The notes beneath the pieces are model-generated. The model did no database searches and was not told the origin of the DNA. It worked only from the letters and a program-made list of their open reading frames with translations. A program made the translations under genes and the position numbers. From the IMG/VR virus record IMGVR_UViG_3300042196_000179, positions 1 to 29,887 of that record: 29,887 nucleotides of DNA. One strand, 5' to 3'. Position 1 is the stretch's first letter, and the number at the start of each line of letters is the position of its first letter. Positions 25,454 through 29,887 of this stretch are shown here, in pieces. The stretch is from a virus. Taxonomy: Duplodnaviria; Caudoviricetes.

Positions 25454-27412
25454 TCATCTCACCCAAGTCGAACGGCGGAATTGCGGCTTCTTCTGGGCCG
25501 GCGGATACGATGCCGGCGGCGCCGGTGTGGGCCGGCCCGTGGCCGCGCCGCTAAGATCGCGCAATAGATCCATTTGCGAGGCCGGCGGTGGCGCACCGCG
25601 CTCGACCGCCAGGGCTTCCCATTGCGCCAGGGTCATGCGGCCCATGCCCAAGTGGTAGCCCGCCGCGCGCGCATAGACGGCGCAATCCAGCACCTCGTTG
25701 CGCGCCTGTGGCGCCTTCTGCCATTCGAAGCTCGTCGCACCGCCGCGCTTCTGCACCGTGATCAACTTCTCGGCGGTCAATTGCTTGAACAACTCGTCGT
25801 CGACGCCAGTCGGCAGATGAACGAAATTCGGTGGAAAGTTGCCGCTCTCGTCCGGGCCTTCCAAGTTGAGGCAGCCATAGATCTCCGCCTTGAGATACCA
25901 GGACCCGACCATCCAATTGAGGGCACTGGTCTTCGACACCTTGCCGCGCGGCGTATAGGTCATCTTCTTGGGCTGGCCGATGGGCCAGTCGGTGCGCCCG
26001 GAATAGCCTTTGATAGAAACCGTCCGCGGCTTTCCGCGCGTCCAGTCGTAGGTCATCGTCGGGCGGAAACCGGAATCGACGGCGGTGCATTCGATCCGCC
26101 GGTTATGTCCGCCCGATGTCGTGTATTCGCGTGACCACAGATCATTGAGTTGAATCCAAACGTCCGGGCCGTTGGTGTCGCCCGCAAAGACGACATGCTC
26201 GACCAGACCGCTGACCTTGCCGACACCCCAACCCCATACGCTCGCCTCGATGCGATCGGCCTGCACGTCGACACCCATGGTCAGGAACAGCATCCATGCC
26301 GGAACTTCGCCGCCGGCGTGACTGCCGATTGCCTGGGCGCGCCGCTGCAGAATCTCCCACTCCGGCGCCTCGCCTTTGATCTCGTAGGACCGGCCAAGCC
26401 AAAGGTTTGTGAACGTCTTATCGGCCGAAGGGTCGTTTCGCGATTCGATGAATGCTTTGGCGATGTCGTTCCAGGTGACGAAGGGCGACGACAGGGTGTC
26501 GATATGCCAGGACGGGTACCGGCCAAGTCCCGGCGCTTGTGCGATCCACCGCCCGCGCGCCAGCATGCCGGTCTTTTCCCGGTGTTCTATGACGCAACCG
26601 TTCGCCTGGCAGATGTAGTGGGCATTGTACGGGTAGGCATCCTCGAAGCGCAGGTTCTCGAAAGTCAGGGCTTGCTCTTCACCGCAATCCGGGCATGGCA
26701 CGTGGAAAAGTCTTTGATCGCCGCCCTCATAGGCCCGGTCGATGCGCGATATGCCTTTCAGTGTCGGCGTTGATATCTCGAAGCGTTTGTAGCGTCCGGT
26801 GGCCAGGAACGACATCTGCCGCGCTTCGACCATGCGCATGGGATCGCCCTGCCCATCCAAATCCGCCGGCCAGTCATCGACCTCGTCGCAAAGCGCATAG
26901 CGCACGGTCTTGGAGCGCAGACCGACCGAGGAGTTGGCACCGGTGATGGAAATCGAACCACCCGGAAAGATCTTGGTCAGCATGGTTGAGCCCTGGCCCG
27001 AACGGCTTTTCTGATCGGCGATCTTTCGGCGTAAGCGGGGCGAGGCCTCGATGGCCGGCTGGAGCTTCTCTCGGTTGAACTCCTTGGCCGCATCAACGGT
27101 CGGCTGGATCGCAAGGACCCGTGCCGGCGCCATATCCGCGATCAATCCCAGCCAGGCGATGCCGATGGTGGTGAAGCCGGTCTGCGCCGATTTGCGCACC
27201 GCGGCCCGATTCGACGGATCGTCGGGCGACAAGGTGTCCAAGATTTCGGTCAGGTACGGCGCCACGGTAGGCGACCACTTGGTCCCGGCATACGGACCAT
27301 CGGGAACGACCAGGACGCTCGCCGCCCAGGCACTGGGCACCACCACTGGATCCGGCGCGATGCCCAGCGCCAGGGCCGCGGCAACTATGCTAAGCGTCGA
27401 TCGGCTGCGCAT
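25454..27412 (-). CDS. Terminase large subunit (lambda gpA family), about 652 aa
   Basis: Walker A-like RKSAQTGFT, Walker B LCDEVD, ISTPT, VPCPDCG, LTMGVDVQ.DR and RNEVLDC.VYA motifs. GAGG RBS before ATG 27412. Confidence 0.97.
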   Translation of the reverse strand: MRSRSTLSIVAAALALGIAPDPVVVPSAWAASVLVVPDGPYAGTKWSPTVAPYLTEILDTLSPDDPSNRAAVRKSAQTGFTTIGIAWLGLIADMAPARVLAIQPTVDAAKEFNREKLQPAIEASPRLRRKIADQKSRSGQGSTMLTKIFPGGSISITGANSSVGLRSKTVRYALCDEVDDWPADLDGQGDPMRMVEARQMSFLATGRYKRFEISTPTLKGISRIDRAYEGGDQRLFHVPCPDCGEEQALTFENLRFEDAYPYNAHYICQANGCVIEHREKTGMLARGRWIAQAPGLGRYPSWHIDTLSSPFVTWNDIAKAFIESRNDPSADKTFTNLWLGRSYEIKGEAPEWEILQRRAQAIGSHAGGEVPAWMLFLTMGVDVQADRIEASVWGWGVGKVSGLVEHVVFAGDTNGPDVWIQLNDLWSREYTTSGGHNRRIECTAVDSGFRPTMTYDWTRGKPRTVSIKGYSGRTDWPIGQPKKMTYTPRGKVSKTSALNWMVGSWYLKAEIYGCLNLEGPDESGNFPPNFVHLPTGVDDELFKQLTAEKLITVQKRGGATSFEWQKAPQARNEVLDCAVYARAAGYHLGMGRMTLAQWEALAVERGAPPPASQMDLLRDLSGAATGRPTPAPPASYPPAQKKPQFRRSTWVR

Positions 27413-28097
27413 TCTCGGTTTCCTCAATGATGCTCATATCCCCGGCATTGTCCTCGCCGGTCTCATCGTCCAGACCGTTCAACGCATCGGCGATCTTCTG
27501 CCGCAGTCCGCGGATCAAATCGCGCAACTTGCGGCGCACCGCCATGGGGTCGGATTCGACCGCCAACTCCTCGGCCCATGACTCGATCAATTCCAAGTGC
27601 TGGGCGATCTGCCGCCCGGCCGTGGTCTCCGCCTGGGCCACCTCGTCGCGGTCGCGATAGCGATCCTTGGCCCGGCCCAACTCGATCTCGAGAAGTTCAC
27701 GCCGGACTTTCTCGGTGGCGGCCTTTTCGTTCCGGTAGGGACCAGCCGCACCACCGCCGATACCTGGATCTTCCCGGTCATCCGCATCATCGGGCGCCGG
27801 GCCGATCAGCTCCGCTTGTGGATCTCGGTTCGCCGTCCACTGCGCCGCCGCCACCAAGAAACGCAACCGCTTGCCATCGGCCAAGGCCGCGCCGTGCAAT
27901 CGTTCGGCCTTGATGGCCTGGGTGACCGCCGGCTTCGATACGCGCATGCGCCGTGCAAATTCCGCGCGCGTGATCGTTTCGTCCTTGACCGGGCGCGCGG
28001 GTGCAACCGCCTCCGAGCTGGTCTCGTTCGTTAACACGTTCAGTCTCAATGCCTCGGGATTGTTAACCGGGTTAACCGCTTTTTCCGAACCCGTCAC
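27390..28097 (-). CDS. Terminase small subunit (Nu1-like, winged HTH); start uncertain
   Basis: TRAEFARRMRVSKPAVTQAIKAERL HTH plus a helical C-terminus. Overlaps the terL start and lies just downstream of cos. Confidence 0.8.
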   Translation of the reverse strand: MTGSEKAVNPVNNPEALRLNVLTNETSSEAVAPARPVKDETITRAEFARRMRVSKPAVTQAIKAERLHGAALADGKRLRFLVAAAQWTANRDPQAELIGPAPDDADDREDPGIGGGAAGPYRNEKAATEKVRRELLEIELGRAKDRYRDRDEVAQAETTAGRQIAQHLELIESWAEELAVESDPMAVRRKLRDLIRGLRQKIADALNGLDDETGEDNAGDMSIIEETENAQPIDA

Positions 28098-28099
28098 TA

Positions 28100-28152
28100 G
28101 CGATCAAATGCGCACTGATTGCCCGTATACGTTTCGGGCCCAGGAAGGACCC
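28100..28152 (-). other. cos site (cosQ + cosN-like)
   Basis: - strand reads GGGTCCT (identical to lambda cosQ; 28152-28146), then 22 nt ending TACG, then GGCAATCAGTG-CGCAT with ATACG/CGCAT pseudo-symmetry, just upstream of terS as in lambda. Confidence 0.75.
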
Positions 28153-28264
28153 GTTAAGGCCCCTTAACTAGCACCAGCCACCGACCGCCAGTGCCGAGCC
28201 ATCCGGCTGCCGGTATGGCGTCGGTGGGTGCTATTGGCATCGGTGGTCCGGTGGCTGGGCTTCG

Positions 28265-28298
28265 AAAAGAAAGCCGGCTCGGATTGATCCGGCCGGCT
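28265..28298 (-). terminator. Intrinsic terminator in the late leader (second)
   Basis: AGCCGGC-CGGATCAATCCGA-GCCGGCT hairpin followed by TTCTTTT on the - strand. Confidence 0.7.
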
Positions 28299-28370
28299 CA
28301 TACATCACACAGTCGAGTATCCCGGTGGCTTTACATGGCCCCCTCCCGCTGAAATCCTCAGCCAGGTCCA

Positions 28371-28412
28371 AATCGAAACGCCCGGAGCGGCGGGTGCCGT
28401 CCGGGCGCGATT
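28371..28412 (-). terminator. tR'-like intrinsic terminator in the late leader (first)
   Basis: CGCCCGGA-CGGC-ACCC-GCCG-C-TCCGGGCG followed by TTTCGATTT on the - strand. Confidence 0.6.
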
Positions 28413-28424
28413 CGTGTGGATGTC

Positions 28425-28458
28425 ATCTTTCTGGCGTTTGGGGTTAACCCTTGTCAAG
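28425..28458 (-). promoter_or_regulatory. Putative late promoter (pR'-like)
   Basis: CTTGACA at 28458-28452 overlaps the end of the regulator gene, with a GGGTTAACCC palindrome in the spacer. No good -10 at 17-nt spacing, consistent with activator dependence. Confidence 0.45.
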
Positions 28459-29097
28459 CCCCTTGCTTGGAACCTTGAGTTTCCGCGCCTTTGCCTGGCC
28501 ATCGTAGTAGGCCTCCATGACCGCCAGCGTCCCCACGACGATTCCGCCAGCAGCGATTCGGTTCAGGCTGCGACCCGCGCCGAAGCTCTCCCGCCGTGCC
28601 CATGCCTCGATCGTATCGCCACAGCCGATCACGTACCATGCCGCCCTGCCGGTAGCGGCATCATAGCCACCGAGCACAGCCATCACCGCATGCACCTCGA
28701 TCCCGGCAGCCACCCGCGCATCGCTCATTTCGCCGCCTCGCCCGCCGCCGCGTATGCCAGCCAGATCGATGATCTTGAGCGCATCGAACCCGGCCATGTT
28801 GAAGGTGGATGCAAACCGCCGCCCCGCCCTGGCCATGGGCCCCGTGATCGTCCCCTGGCGCAGCATCGTGCTCAGCAGATCGACGCTGCGCATGGCCCGC
28901 GCCGGCCGCCCGACGCCTTGGGCATCGGCCACATAGGTATCGACCGCCTCGACCGGATCGTGCTGGGCCCGTTCCGGTGGCGGCCGGTCATTGCCATGGA
29001 CGGCGATCTCCACCCCCGCCGTTCCGCGCCGCAATTCCGGCCCGGCCGCCGCCGGCAAAACCAAAGCCTTCTTCCGCTTCTTGCCCACCGCGCCCAT
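28444..29097 (-). CDS. Putative late-gene transcription regulator (DUF6456-like, Q position), 217 aa
   Basis: DLLSTMLRQGTIT...AG.RF...F...A.WYVIGCG..IE.WA pattern. Last gene before the late promoter and cos; TGATG overlap at 29095-29099. Confidence 0.7.
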   Translation of the reverse strand: MGAVGKKRKKALVLPAAAGPELRRGTAGVEIAVHGNDRPPPERAQHDPVEAVDTYVADAQGVGRPARAMRSVDLLSTMLRQGTITGPMARAGRRFASTFNMAGFDALKIIDLAGIRGGGRGGEMSDARVAAGIEVHAVMAVLGGYDAATGRAAWYVIGCGDTIEAWARRESFGAGRSLNRIAAGGIVVGTLAVMEAYYDGQAKARKLKVPSKGLDKG

Positions 29098-29885
29098 CAC
29101 GCCACCCCCCGATCCTTGCCGCCGCCGCCCGCCGTCTCCATCACCCGCAGCGGATCGCCCTCCCGCTGCGCCTTCAGGGCCGTGTCCATGTCGCCGCCGT
29201 AGCGCGGCTTCACCGGCATCCCCACGACCGCCGCCAACCCGTCGAGCGCCCCGTCGAGCAGCGCCGTCATCTGCCGCGCGTCGCCGACCTTCACGACCAG
29301 CACGCCCGCCTCGATATCGTCGGGCAGGGCGCAGTCCAGCCAGCCGCACTCCGGATGTTCCGCCCGCGCCGCGGCCCACGCCCGCCACGGCGCGTCGCTC
29401 AGGCGCACGGTCTCGCCGTCGCGCCGGTGCGCGGCGAGGCTGGGCTTGCCCGCCGTGAACTGGTCCCGCTCGGCCAGGGCCGCCCGCACCCAGCGCCGCA
29501 CCCGGCAGTCGATCCGCCGGTGCAACAGCGCCTCGGCCCCGAAAGCCCCGCCCCGGGCCCAGGCCAAAATCGCATAGCCGACCCACGGCGCCTCGACCGC
29601 CAGGGTCAGGGTCTCGCCGTCGTCGGCATCGGGGATCGCCCGACTGAGCAATTCCCACGCCGGCACCGCCCTGAGCGCCGCCTCGGCCTCCCGCCACACC
29701 GCGCACGCCGGCGGCGGGCCTTCCGGCTCGGCGCGCGCGTCCCCGTCGCCCACAGCAGAGGGGTCGCGCGCGCGCTGGGATGGTTCTGGATGGTTAGAGG
29801 ACGGTTCCACGGCGTTTTCCGCAGTTTCCTGCGCCTCACCGCCGACTCGCTGTCCAGGGTTTAGGGACCGGGTGACCGGGGTTTC
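29097..29885 (-). CDS. Phage replication initiator C-terminal part with DnaA-N-like domains; 5'-truncated by window
   Basis: Frame is open to the window edge (ETPVTRSLNPGQR...). It has an EPSSNHPEPSQRAR linker typical of phage HTH replication proteins and two W....L.......W L......D...L.L.V units. Confidence 0.6.
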   Translation of the reverse strand, partial: ETPVTRSLNPGQRVGGEAQETAENAVEPSSNHPEPSQRARDPSAVGDGDARAEPEGPPPACAVWREAEAALRAVPAWELLSRAIPDADDGETLTLAVEAPWVGYAILAWARGGAFGAEALLHRRIDCRVRRWVRAALAERDQFTAGKPSLAAHRRDGETVRLSDAPWRAWAAARAEHPECGWLDCALPDDIEAGVLVVKVGDARQMTALLDGALDGLAAVVGMPVKPRYGGDMDTALKAQREGDPLRVMETAGGGGKDRGVA

Positions 29886-29887
29886 GG

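Larger units (their letters stand above)
519..29887 (-). mobile_element. Lambda-like siphovirus prophage (late region plus part of replication module); continues beyond right edge
   Basis: Colinear terminase-gpW-portal-S49 protease-decoration-capsid-tail-lysis order on one strand, with ATGA/TGATG coupling, a cos-like site, and a host housekeeping gene at the left border. Confidence 0.95.

Noticed and set aside
28026-28041. Second LexA box (GTTC-N8-GTTC; also near 4491-4506)
   Set aside because: The spacer is 8 nt rather than 7, and the sites lie in coding sequence.
28305-28502. 65-aa ORF in the late leader
   Set aside because: It overlaps the regulator gene end, the promoter and a terminator hairpin, and has no recognisable motif.
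519-29887. Gene transfer agent cluster
   Set aside because: The lambda-type gpA/gpW/S49/gpE head, cos site, replication gene and methylase indicate a true prophage, not the HK97-type RcGTA cluster.

Overview
The window holds the 3' end of a host NAD-dependent DNA ligase gene (ligA, 3-518, + strand), followed directly by about 29 kb of a lambda-like (cos-type, long non-contractile tail) prophage read almost entirely on the - strand. The host is a GC-rich alphaproteobacterium, inferred from a GAAC-N7-GAAC SOS box and the gene families. In transcription order (right to left) the phage carries: the C-terminus of a replication protein, a DUF6456-like putative late regulator, a structured late leader with a cos site, small and large terminase, gpW, portal, S49 protease, scaffold, decoration protein and major capsid protein. 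An unusual module follows (fibre-anchor-like protein, Ala-rich 20-aa repeat protein, BppU-like protein). Next come head-tail joining genes, tail tube, G/GT chaperones with a clear -1 frameshift, tape measure, M/L/K-like tail genes, an opposite-strand lipoprotein moron, a fused I-J tail tip and a tail fibre. The left end has an atypical lysis cassette (M15 endolysin, membrane proteins, large lipoprotein, translationally coupled alpha/beta-hydrolase), a Dam-family methylase behind a cloverleaf-like leader, and a LexA-boxed zinc-binding mini-protein. Integrase and repressor are not in the window. The best novelty candidates are the lipoprotein plus lipase-like pair in the lysis cassette, the putative antisense-RNA-controlled methylase beside an SOS-controlled Zn protein, the head-proximal repeat-fibre module with a mosaic patch, and the multi-terminator/bistable late leader. 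All product calls come from motif recognition and synteny; no database search was run.
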